From positions 18,464,001-18,528,000 of the forward strand of contig CP068257.2 in the NCBI GenBank assembly GCA_009914755.4: 64,000 nt of DNA, in the 5' to 3' direction. This document shows, in pieces, positions 44,147 to 55,950 of the stretch; position 1 is the first letter of the stretch, and every line of letters starts with the position of its first letter. This stretch comes from the human T2T-CHM13v2.0 reference genome, Homo sapiens. The notes below the pieces were generated by a model. It saw nothing but the letters and a program-made list of their open reading frames with translations. It searched no databases and was not told the DNA's origin. Position numbers and translations under genes: made by a program.

Positions 44147-46409
44147 TCAACAGTGAAATGACTTTTTATGGAATACAGTTTGAGGGTCATAGATCAAATT
44201 GAATTATATTACAGGGTTCCCTCTATGACACACAATACATGTAATAAATAACTTGGAAACTAGTTCTGATACATAGTTTATAATCTTACTTTTAAAGAAA
44301 AGCAACTTTGTGAACAACAGGGAAGACAATTTCTTGATTTTGGCACTAGCAAAGAAATAGGTTTATGGATTTCAAATACAAATAATAAATGGAATCACTT
44401 GGAGAATGGGAAGATTAATAACATAAAAGTCCACCAAGTTTACATAGAAATCTTCAAATACTGTGGCTGATTTCTTGTGTTTATCTTACCAAACTGTAAA
44501 AATGCTTTCAGAGTATTGCAGAATACTCTACAGTTGAGATAATAAGCTACTCTTATGTTATTTATGCAATATTATTCTTTAATAAACAAAATGTATTGTA
44601 TTTTAATTGTATAACTATTTGAAAATATTTTAACTGTATTTCCTAGGAGTATAGATTTTTAGAGGAAAGCACATTCAAATGGATTTAATAAAATCTAAAA
44701 TATTTAGTTGATGAACTGACATTTTTATTAATTAAAGGGTAATTTAATAGTCATCTACTCCAATTTTTTTCTAAAGGAGGCTCTCTCAAAACTTGTATCT
44801 AAAATATGGAGAAAAACATTTGTTTTACTCACAACCTGACAAGGTACTTAATTTTTATTTACAAGTGCTCTATTTTAAGTCCTTCATTTGATTTTTAATC
44901 ATAAAAATAATTAATGTATTCACTCAAGAGAAACTTGGGGTGCAGAGTCTGTGAAACTTTGCGTATTTCAGGAAAAGATACATAGATGGGTTAAGCAACT
45001 GCTGCAATTTGAATGTCTCCTTCAAAATTCATGCTGAAACCTAATCCCCATTGTGTGACTATTGAGAGGTGGGAATCTAAAAGTGATTGGATCATAAGAG
45101 CTCTGAGCTCATGAATAAATTAATCCATTAATAGATTAATGGATTAATGGGTTAATGGATTAATTGGTTACCATGAGAGTGGAAATGGGGGCTTTATAAG
45201 AAGAGGAAGAGATATCCGAGCTAGCATATTACCATGCTCAGCCCCTTTCCCCTTTACCACGTGATGCCTTGCTGTTTCAGGACTGTAGTCTCACCACCAG
45301 CAAGAAGGCCCCTCACCAGATGATACTTCTGTTACCTTGTACTTCTCAGCCTCCAAAACTGTAAGACATACATTTATTTTCTTTAGATATTACCTAGTTT
45401 AAGGTATTCTGTTATAAGCAACAGAATTTTGACTAATACAGCAACCCACTACATTTAAAGGGGATGGGAAGACCAAATTAAATTTTCATTTCAGTACATT
45501 GTATAGATGGTAGAGTTATAAAAGTGTAATGTGCAAATATCTTAATATTTTAAGATAAATTAAAAATTATAATTATGTAGGCTGAAATTATTAAATGATT
45601 TCTATATACATAAGTTCTATGTTAAGTACTTTGTGTCAGAGTTCTGGGCCTGAAACTTTACACACTGTTATACATATTGTCAGTTAGACAGGGACCTACT
45701 CAAAAGGCATTTTTTAATCACTTGCAAGAATCAGTAGAAAACAAATGCAGGTGAATTTGGAACAATGCAGGGGTTAGGGGTATTGGCCCCCTGCACAGTT
45801 AAAGCCAGTATATGTTTTGACTCTCTAAACAACATTACTAATAGCTTACTGTTGACCAATAACATAAACAACGCGTATTTTTGTATTCTATTTATTCTAT
45901 GCTGTATCCTTGATGTAAGCCAGAGAAAAGAAAATATTATTAAGAAAATCATAAGGAAGGGAAAATATGTTTGCTCTTAAGTGAAAGTGGATCACCATAA
46001 AGGTCTCTATCTCTGTAATCTTCACAAGTTGCAGGCTAAATAGGAGGAGAAGTGGCTAGTCTTGCTGTCTGTTTCAGAGGTGGCAGAGGTGGGAGAAAAT
46101 CTGTGTATAAGTGGACTCATAGAGTTCAAACCCATGTTTTCAAGAGGCAACTTTATTTTAAAATGAAGGAATTTTAAAAGAAAACTAAATATCAGAAAGA
46201 GTATTGTATCGTTATTTCCAGATCAAGCATTTTTGGTAAATTGATTCAATCATTCTAATATTACCTAGATGAAATCTGTCAGCACAATGTTGACGAAAAT
46301 TAAATGGCATTTCCGACCTCATAATTTATTGTTAGGGACATAATATATCTCTAAAAAGTAATGACATAATATACTTTTGACATTATAACTTTAAAAAATA
46401 TAATGTTTA

Positions 46410-46987
<578 letters not shown>

Positions 46988-49444
46988 TCAATGAGCTTGA
47001 ATAGCGAAATTGGAGACAGTTCTCGGTACTTAACAGACCACAATGATGTATTGTATCTCTTGCTGAAGAGAATTTACTATCAGAGAATGCTTTAATCAAA
47101 GCATGGAGATTGTGATGGTTGTTGATGAACACTTATTTGAATGATAAATTTAAATATTTAATAACACTCTCGTACCATGTAGTTTATATTATCAAAGATA
47201 TACTGAATTAGAGGTGACTCCGCTTTGTTTTTTACAAAATCCCAGATGGAAGAACGGTCATTTATGAATGAAAGAAGTCAGATGAAATATAACTTATATT
47301 TGTAAAAATATACTCACACAGGCAATGGATAAGTCATGCATATTTGTTTTCTCAAAAGACGCCTGCATTGAGTGGTAGTGAACAAAAGGGTTGATTCTGA
47401 ATTTGAAGTGGTTAACCACAAAACTCTCCTCTAATATTTTAAATTAAAATTATTATAACCTGTTAGTATTTTTATCTATTAATAATTCAAAATAATAACC
47501 TTATACTACATTTTATTCTCTCTTTTACTGCAATGCCAGTTGAGTTATTGATGTGGTGGTTGTTTGATTTTCCATCAGACTGGAGGCTATTTTGTAAAGA
47601 AAATCATGTTGCAGTCAGATAGCCAAGGATAAACTCTCAACTCAGTCAGTTTCCAATTCCATCACTTTGGTAAATTGGTTATATTCTAAAGTATTACTGC
47701 TCAAGGTGTGGTTCCTGACCTAGAAGTATCAATATTACTGGGAAATTGTTGAAAATGTTAACTCTTGGATCTTTAACTTTGGGGTTGAAGTCCCAAACTC
47801 TGTTACATCAAGTGACTTCCACACATAGTATTTGAGAATCACTGCTCTGAATTTTAGTATCTTCAAATGTGAAGTTGATTTAATAATACTTCCTATTTCA
47901 AACATGGCATATTGGAGGCAGTGTTAGCATGCCTCTCCCACTAGGAAAGACAAAAGATATGTAGATATTCACACTGTGAACTTTTTTCCAATGAGCAATG
48001 CAGGAACTTAACAGGAAAACTGAAATCCACAGGTTTTTTGAAAGAAGTGGCAGGCCATAGCCTACACCATGAGCCAGGCGAAAAACTGTTAAGTCCTCAG
48101 AGTGTGAGAGGGAGAGAGACTGTCTCTAGGATATGTTCCCCCATTGGGGAACCTGGCAGTCTAGCTTATGAGGAAAGGCCTTAACCTACCTAGCACTGGA
48201 ACTGATTTAGGTGGCAGTGAGGAAGATAAAAGTAGGAATAGCAGTGGGAGGAGACTTGTGTTAATTTCCAGTCTCCAGCACAGACGAAGGGAAATCGTTC
48301 CTTATTCTGCCTCACAGGGGACCTCATGAAGTCTGCCAACCCAAATGAATTTTGCGATATAACCTCAAGTGGGGAAGAACTCCCTTAGCCAGAGCCGGGG
48401 CAGGCAGGGTTGTAGGGTGCAGGCAAGTGGGAAGTGTGTTACAGCCATAAGTGCAGGAGCTGGGCACCCAGGCTGTGTGGGAGAACTGGAAGGGATGTGG
48501 CCAGAAGGCTGTAGTTCTTGTATTCATAGGAAGGTAGATGGTCCGGAGCAGTTTTGAGTTCTGAGCTTAGATGACCTGGAATGTAGCTCACTCCTGCTAC
48601 CAGAAAACTATGGGTGTGAGATCTGTCCTTCCCAGCGCATAGGAGCTGGGTGGGGTTTGCTGCAGCATGTTACTCCCCACTCTCTGTATGAACTATTCTT
48701 TGCAGCAGAGGCAGTTACACTCCTCTCTGTAACATTACCCCAGTTGGCAGAAAACTACCCTCCCACCCAACAGCAACAGGGGCCTTGGTTTGCTCCACAT
48801 GCAGAGATTCAGAGAATAGACCTGCTTGACCCATCCCCCAGCTGGCTTTGCTCCTATACTGGCCATGGTAGCTTAAGGCAAGCACAAATTCCAAAGCTAC
48901 TCTGACAGCTGATGCACTTTTCCAAGCACCACCTCCTGACTGGAAGCCAACCGACACAGTCCATTATAGCATCAACAGATAGAATAACACTGTACCCAGG
49001 AAGGGGAAAACTTGTGCATGACCTCAGCTATCACCATTGCCTGCAGCAACCTGGCTAACCAGGAGGTTCTGAGTCTGTCCAGGTGACCTGTTCATTACTT
49101 GCAGGTGTTCTCCATCAACAGCCCGGAATGTGGCAGCCACACTGTGTAGGTAATCCCAGAGGAACACAGCATATACAGTAGCCTGGCTTTCAGGGACTCC
49201 TACTTCTAGAAGAACAAGGAGCGTACCACATTAAGGGGACACCTCATGGGACAAAAGAACTCAAACAGCAGGCTTGAGGTCCAGATCTCTCTGCTGACAG
49301 GGTTTCTTTCAGCAAAGAAGCCATTGTAATGCTGGGCTCAGCACCGAAAATCTATGGTTCGACTCCAACAGACAGGCAGCTCTGGTGTTTGCAAAGAGTC
49401 TTGGAGAAGGGGACTTCTTTCCCCCCTTGTTTATCACTGCAGAC

Positions 49445-49860
49445 ACATCTGGGGCTCTTCTTATGGAAGCTCAGTGTATTAGTCTGTTTGCACATGGCTG
49501 TAAAAAACTATCTGAGATTGGGTAGTTTATAAAGAAAAGAGGTTTAATTTACTCACAGTTCCATATACAGGGGAGACCTCAGGAAACTTACAGTTATGGT
49601 GGAAGGTGAAGGAGAAGCAAGGCATGTCTTACAGGGTGGCAAGAGACAGCGAGAGTGAGGGGAGAATGGGAAAACACTTTTAAACCATCAGATCTCATGA
49701 AAACTCATTCACTATCATAAGAACAGCATGAGAGAAACCACCCCCATGCTCCAATCACCTCTCACCAGGTACCTCCCTCAATACATGGGAATTATAATTC
49801 TAGATGAGATTTGGGTGAGGATACAGAGTCAAACCATATCATTCCACCCCGGCCCATCAA
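49445..49860 (-). mobile_element. ERVL-MaLR LTR (THE1/MST-like), nearly complete, minus orientation
   Basis: 'gtattagtctgtttgcacatggctgtaaaaaactatctgagattgggtagtttataaagaaaagaggtttaatttactcacagttccatatacagggg...accatcagatctcatgaaaactcattcactatcataagaacagcatgagagaaaccacccccatg...atgggaattataattctagatgagatttgggtgaggatacagagtcaaaccatatca' is the reverse complement of the THE1/MST LTR consensus (TGATATGGTTTGGCTGTGTCC...GACTAATACA). Confidence 0.75.
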
Positions 49861-51850
49861 AAATCTCATGTCATTCTCACATTTCAAAACACAATCATGC
49901 CTTCCCAAGAGTCCCCTGAAGTCTTAATGCACTCCAGCATTAACTCAAAAGCCCAAGTCCAAAATCTCATCTGCAACAAGGCAAGAGTCTATCATCTATG
50001 AACACGTAAAATCAAAAGCAAGTTAGTTACTTCCAAGATAACAACGTGGGTACAGGCATTAGGTAAATGCTCCCATTCCAAATGGGAAAAATTGGCCAAA
50101 ACAAAGGGGCTACAGGCCTTATGCAAGTCTGAAACTCAGTGGGAGAGTCACTAAATCTTAAAGCTCCAAAATAATTTCCTTCGACTCCATGTCTCACATC
50201 CAGGGCACACTGATGCAAGACGTGGGCTCCCAAGGCCTTGGGCAGCCCTGCCCTTGTGGCTCTGTAGTGTACAGCCCCTGCAGCTGCTTTCATAGCCTGG
50301 TGTTAAGTGTTTGCTGCTTTTCCAGGTGCACAGTGCAAGCTATTGATGAATCTATCATTCTGGAGTCTGGAAGAAGGTGACTTTCTTCTCATGGTTCTAC
50401 TAGGCAGTACCCCAGTGGGGACTCTGTGTGGGGGTGCCAACCCCACATTTCCCCTCCGCATTGTCCTAGTAGAGGTTCTCTACCAGGGCTCCACTCCTGC
50501 AGCAGACTTCTGCCTGGACATCCAGGTGTTTCCATACATCTTCTCAAACTTAGGTGGAGGTTCCCAAACTACAATTCTTGCCTTCTGCACACCCACAGGC
50601 TCCACATCACATGGAAGCTGCCAAGGCCTTGCACCCTCTGAAGCAGCGGCTCAAGCTGTACTTTGGTTTCTTTTAGCCAGTCTCTGCTCTGGCTCCCTTT
50701 TAAACATAAATTCCATTTCAGACCATTTCTTTGTGAATGCATATGACTATACACTTTCAGGAGAAGCCAGGTCACACCTTGAATGCTTTGCTGCTTAAAA
50801 TTCTTTTTTTTTTGACAGATACTCTAATTATCTCTTTCAAATTCATAGTTCCACAGATCTCTGGGGCAGGAACTTCATAGTTCCGCAGATCTCTGTGCCC
50901 CAGCCCATGAAACAATTTTTCCCACCTAGGCCTCTGGGCCTGTGATGGGAGGGGATGGCAAGAAGATCTCTGAAATGCCCTGGAGACATTTACCCCATTG
51001 TCTTGGCTCTTAACATTTGGCTATTCTTTATTTATGCAAATATCTACAGCCAGAGACTTTAATTTCTTCCCAGAAAGTGGGTTTTTCTTTTCTACCACAT
51101 GGTCGGGATGCAAATTTTCCAAACTTTTGTACTCTGCCTCCCTTGTAAACATAAGTTCCATTTCAGACAATCTCTTTGTGAATACATATGACTATGTGCT
51201 TTCAGAAGAAGCCAGGTCACATCTTGCATGCTTTGCTGCTTAGAAATTTTTTTGACAGTTACGCTAATTTTCTCTTTCAAGTTCATAGTTCCACAGATCT
51301 CTGGGGCAGGGACAAAATGCCACTAGTCTCTTTGCTAAGGCATAGCAAGAGTCACCTTTGCTTTAGTTCCCAATAAGTTCTTCATCTCCATCTGAGACCA
51401 CTTCAGCATGGACTGAATGCTAATATCACTATCAGCATTTTGGTCACAGCCATTAAACAAGTCTCTAAAGAGCTCCAAACTTCCCTACATCTTCTTGCCT
51501 TTTTCTGAGCCCTCCAAACTGTTCCAATCTCTGCTTCCAAAGCCACTTCCACATTTCAGGCATCTTATAGCAGTGCCCCAAACTTCTGGTACCAATTTTC
51601 TGCTTCTCTTTGAAGGTCACTGCAGCCATCAGCTTCACAGAATTTACTTTTCTTCACATCGCTGTTTTTTTTTTTTTTTTTTAAACACTGCAGCCCCTCC
51701 CTGCCTGGCCTGTGCTTCCCACCAACGATGACCTTTCTGCAACTTCAGTGCCAGTGGAATCCCAGATCTGCGGCTGCTTCTGAGCACTGCTGACTGCTTC
51801 TAGGTCCCAAAACCACCAATCAGAAGAGCCAAACCATGTCACTCATCAAA
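49861..51850. mobile_element. Moderately GC-rich non-coding block adjacent to the MaLR LTR; possibly MaLR internal sequence (unverified); contains an internal ~190-bp direct duplication
   Basis: It is contiguous with the minus-strand MaLR LTR. It has no retroviral protein similarity in any frame, which fits a MaLR internal region. The long ORFs here (50307-50798, 50998-51243) have no recognisable protein motifs. 50690-50870 and 51120-51300 are ~85% identical ('...taaacataa.ttccatttcagac.at.tctttgtgaat.catatgactat...ttcatagttccacagatctctggggcagg'). Confidence 0.3.
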
Positions 51851-52969
51851 GGTAGACCCATAGACAGCCCTTCTGGAACTGCAGGGTGACTGCATTCCCA
51901 CAGAAGGAGCACCCTCCAGGTCCAGGCCTGCATGGGAAATAGAGTCACAATTCCTCTCTATTTAGACATTCCTGAAGATGAAAAGAGGTGCTTGTCTAAT
52001 CTGAATAGCTGGAACACTCGTTCAAGAGTGTGTTTGGGAAGTGAGTAACTTTCCTGGGAGCTGAGTTGGCTCCAATCCTTCTATCTGATAAGATCTCAGT
52101 GTGTTTCACTGAGAGCTCCCCCAGCCACCTATGTCAAGGCTGGGACCTCTGCCCACCATTGGGTACTGCATTATGCACCTGCTTTAGCCACAGCAGGTTT
52201 TTACCAGGGGCACCTCCTCTTTGGGCCTGAAGCCTGAGGTATTCAACCAAGTAAATAAAATACTAGGAGAAAATAAAGAAAGAAAGAAATACACAGACTA
52301 CAGAGGAATAAGATAAGCTTCAAGAGACTTCTGCCATTCCAACCCTAGAGGAGAAAGTGAACTTGTTCACACACTGAGCACACTGCTGCTACAACCAGAG
52401 CCAAGAAAGCCATCAGACAAAGACTCTCTATAACTGAGGAAATCATACAAACTCTTCACTCCTGAAAGCACCAAGACCTGAATTAGTCTAGAAGAAACAA
52501 TAAACATCCTTCAGGAAGAAAAAAGAAATTGAAGAAACAGTCAAATAAAAAATAAATTCAAGTATAATTAGAAGAAATAATCTAACCAAATAAGAGAAAT
52601 CAGAAAGATATTTCTGGTGCTATGACAAAATAAGGTGCTATAACTGCCCAAAATATCACACTAGCCGCCCCCCCCCCCCCAGCAATGGATCCAAACCCAG
52701 ACAAACCTTTTGAAACACCAAATTTTAAAAATTCAAAAATTTGATTATTAAGCTATTCCAGAAGGTGTCAGAGAAAGGTGAAAACCAACATAAAGAAATT
52801 TTAAAAAATTTTAGGATACAAATAAAAACTTTTCTAAAGAGATAGATATCTTAAAGAAATGCAAATCAGAATTTCTGGAAATGAAAGGTACACTTAGAGA
52901 ATTACAAAATGGAGGGGAAAGTTTCAACAATGGACTACAAAGGGAAGAAGAAAAAATTTCATAGCTCAC

Positions 52970-53342
52970 TGATATGGTTTGGCTGTGTCCACATCCAAAT
53001 CTCATCTTGAATTGTAGTTTCTGTAATCCCCACAAGTATGGCAAGGACCAGTGGGAAAAAACTAAATCATGGGGGCTGTTACCCTTATGCTGTTCTCGTG
53101 ATACTGAGTGAGTTTTCACAAGACGTGATGGTTTTATAAGGGGCTATTTCTCCTTTGCTTGGCATTTCTCCTTCCTGCTGCCCTGTGAAGAAGTTGCCTT
53201 TCTTCCCCTTCACCTTCCACCATGATTGTTAATTTCTTGAGGCCTTCCCAGCCATGCAAAACTGTAAGCCAATTAGATCTCTTTCCTTTATAAATTACCC
53301 AGTCTTGGGAAGTTCACAGAAGCATAAGAACAGACTAATACA
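52970..53342 (+). mobile_element. Solo ERVL-MaLR LTR (THE1/MST-like), plus orientation, inserted in the old L1
   Basis: 'tgatatggtttggctgtgtccacatccaaatctcatcttgaattgtagtttctgtaatccccacaagtatggcaaggaccagtgggaaaaaactaaatcatgggggctgttacccttatgctgttctcgtgatactgagtgagttttcacaagacgtgatggttttataaggggctatttctcctttgcttggc...ccatgattgttaatttcttgaggccttcccagccatgcaaaactgtaagccaattagatctctttcctttataaattacccagtcttgggaagttcacagaagcataagaacagactaatacac' has the canonical THE1/MST LTR termini TGATATGG...ACTAATACA. Confidence 0.85.
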
Positions 53343-53536
53343 CTCAGAGACAAGGGTTTTGAATTAACCCAATCAGAAAAAAAGAAAGAAAGATGAATAC
53401 AAAGAAATGAGCAAATTCAAAATACCGATGAAACAAAAAGTTGGTTGAGAGAATAAAAAAATTATACGTTATTAGCTAGATTAACCAAGAAGAGAAGAGA
53501 GAAGATTCAAATAAGCTCAATTAGAAATGAAACTGG

Positions 53537-53661
53537 AAGCACATGGTTTCTAAAGTCACCTGCTTGACCCTCTTCCAAGTTGTACTTTCCTTCTTTTCTC
53601 TCTTTTCCTTATTATTCTAAAGCTTTTTAATAAACTTGCACTCTGGCTCTGAAAAAAAAGT
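53537..53661 (+). mobile_element. Short retroposed insert (~125 bp) with AATAAA signal, A8 tail and 11-bp TSD inside old L1 ORF2
   Basis: The L1 ORF2 sequence 'agaaatgaaactggggacattacaactgaccc' is split. 'aatgaaactgg' is present at 53526-53536 and again at 53662-53672. Between the copies lies 'aagcacatggtttctaaagtcacctgcttgaccctcttccaagttgtactttccttcttttctctcttttccttattattctaaagctttttaataaacttgcactctggctctgaaaaaaaagt'. It has 'aataaa' ~20 nt before the A8 tail. Confidence 0.6.
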
Positions 53662-54514
53662 AATGAAACTGGGGACATTACAACTGACCCTACAGAAGTA
53701 CAAAATAACATTTGAGATTATTATAAACACCTGTATGCATGCAAACTAGAAAACCTTGAGGACAACCTAGATTAGGAGGGTTATAAGTTTCCAGGAATTT
53801 ATCCATTTATTCTAGGTTTTCTATTTGTGTGCATTAAACCAGGAAGAAATAGAAATCCTGAACAGACCAAAGGTAAGCAGCAAGGTTGAATCAGTAATAA
53901 GGAAAAATTGTCAACAACAAAAATGCCCAAGGCCAGGTGGCATCACGGATCATTTCTACCAGGCATTCAAAGAAGATTTGATACCAACCCTAGTGAAATT
54001 ATTCCAAAAGGTAGACAAAGAGGGAATCCTCTTTAAATCTTTCTATTAAGCCAGTATCACCCTGACACCAAAACTAGGAAAGGACCTAACCAAAAAGGAA
54101 AACTATAGACTAATATTCCTGATGAACATAGATGCAAAATCCTCAACAAAGTACTAACTTACCAAATCCAATAACACATCAAGAAGATATATACAATGAT
54201 CAAGTGGGTTTCATCTCAGGGATACAGGGATAGTTTAATATATGCAAGTCAATCAATGTGATATATTATATAAACAGAATGAAAAACAGAAACCGTATGA
54301 TCATCTCAATAGATGCAGAAAAAACATTTGATAAGATCCAGGATCGCTTTAAGATAAAAATGCTCAACAAACTGGGCCTAGAAGGGACTTACCTCAAATT
54401 ATTGAAAGACATATATGACAAACCCACAGCCAACATTATTACTGGATAGATAAAAGTTGAAAGCATTCTCCCTGAGAACTGGAAGAAGACAGGGATGCCC
54501 ACTTTCACCACTTC

Positions 54515-55950
54515 TTTTTTTTTCTTTTTTTTTAAATTATACTTTAAGCTCTAGGGTATATATGCACAATGTGCAGGTTTGTTAAATAGGTATACATGTG
54601 CCATGTTGGTGTGCTGCACCCATTAACTCGTCATTTACATTTGGTATATCTCCTAATGCTATCCCTCCCCCATCCCCTCACCCCACAACAGACCCCGATG
54701 TGGGATGGTCCCCTTCCTGTGTCCAAGTGTCTCATTGTTCAGTTACCGCCTATGAGTGAGAACATGCGGTGTTTGGTTTTTTGTCCTTGCGATAGTTTGC
54801 TGAGAATGGTAGTTTCCAGCTTCATCCATTTCCCTACAGAGGACATGAACTCATCATTTTTTATGGCTGCATAGTTTTCCATGGTGTATATGTGCCACAT
54901 TTTCTTAATCCAGTGTATCATTGATGGACATTTGGGTTGGTTCCAAGTCTTTGCTATCGTGAACAGTGCTGCAATAAACATACGTGTGCATGTGTCTTTA
55001 TAGCAGCATGATTTATAATCCTTTGGGTATATACCCAGTAATGGGATGGCTGGGTCAAATGGTATTTCTAGTTCTAGACCCTTGAGGAATTGCCACACTG
55101 TCTTCCACAATGATTGAACTAGGTTATAGTCCCACCAACAGAGTAAAAGTGTTCCTATTTCTCCACATCCTCTCCAGCACCTGTTGTTTCCTGACTTTTT
55201 AATGATCGCCATTCTAACTGTGTGAGATGGTATCTCATTGTGGTTTTGATTTGCATTTCTCTGATGGCCAGTGATGATAAGCATTTTTTCATGTGTTTTT
55301 TGGCTGCATAAATGTCTTCTTTTGAGAAGTGTCTGTTCATATCCTTCACCCACTTTTTGATGGGGTCGTTTGTTTTTTTCTTGTAAATTTGTTTGAGTTC
55401 ATTGTAGATTCTGGATATTAGCCCTTTGTCAGATGAGTAGATTGCAAAAATTTTCTCCCATTCTGTAGGTTGTCTGTTCACTCTGATCATAGTTTCTTTT
55501 GCTGCGCAGAAGCTCTTTAGTTTAATTAGATTCCATTTATCAATTTTGTCTTTTGTTGCCATTGCTTTTGGTGTTTTAGACATGAAGTCGTTGCCCATGC
55601 CTATGTCCTTAATGGTATTGCCTAGGTTTTCTTCTAGGGTTTTTATGGTTTTAGGTCTAACATTTAAGTCTTTAATCCATCTTGAATTAATTTTTGTATA
55701 AGGTGTAAGTAAGGGATCTAGTTTCAGCTTTCTACATATGGCTAGCCAGTTTTCCCAGCACCATTTATTAAATAAGGAATCCTTTCCACATTTCTTGTTT
55801 CTGTCAGGTTTGTCAAAGATCAGATGGTTGTAGATGTGTGGTATTATTTCTGCGGGCTCTCTTCTGTTCCATTCTCTATATCTCTGTTTTGGTACCAATA
55901 CCATGCTGTTTTGGTTACTGTTGCCTTGTACTATAGTTTGAAGTCAGGTA
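54515..55950 (-). mobile_element. LINE-1, 5'-truncated (~1.44 kb: ORF2 C-terminus + 3'UTR + poly-A), intermediate-age L1PA-type, minus orientation, nested in old L1
   Basis: Poly-T 54515-54533, then the reverse complement of the L1 3'UTR ('aaattatactttaagctctagggtatatatgcacaatgtgcaggtttgttaaataggtatacatgtgccatgttggtgtgctgcacccattaactcgtcatttacatttggtatatctcctaatgctatccctccccc...'). Minus ORFs 54739-55353 and 55155-55904 encode the ORF2 C-terminus ('...[137 protein letters not shown]...', '...[147 protein letters not shown]'). Several differences from L1HS 3'UTR diagnostic positions indicate it is older than L1HS. Confidence 0.92.

Noticed and set aside
48000-49445. Possible L1 5'UTR or other element at 48.0-49.4 kb preceding the MaLR LTR.
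   Set aside because: I could not match it to any consensus from memory. It shows no similarity to the 5'UTR of the other L1 in the window. Left unannotated rather than guessed.
50307-50798. 163-aa ORF (and neighbouring 60-100 aa ORFs at 48324-50800) in the moderately GC-rich block.
   Set aside because: There is no start-codon context and no recognisable domain or motif. ORFs overlap on both strands. This is typical of open frames in GC-richer repeat DNA. The region is contiguous with a MaLR LTR and contains an internal duplication.
55155-55904. Longest ORFs in the window (249 aa at 55155-55904 and 204 aa at 54739-55353, minus strand; also 171-aa ORFs at 11049-11564 and 24429-24944).
   Set aside because: All are fragments of L1 ORF2 (endonuclease or C-terminal cysteine-rich region) inside truncated or mutated L1 copies. 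None spans a complete ORF2 (~1275 aa), so they are non-functional TE remnants, not host CDS.
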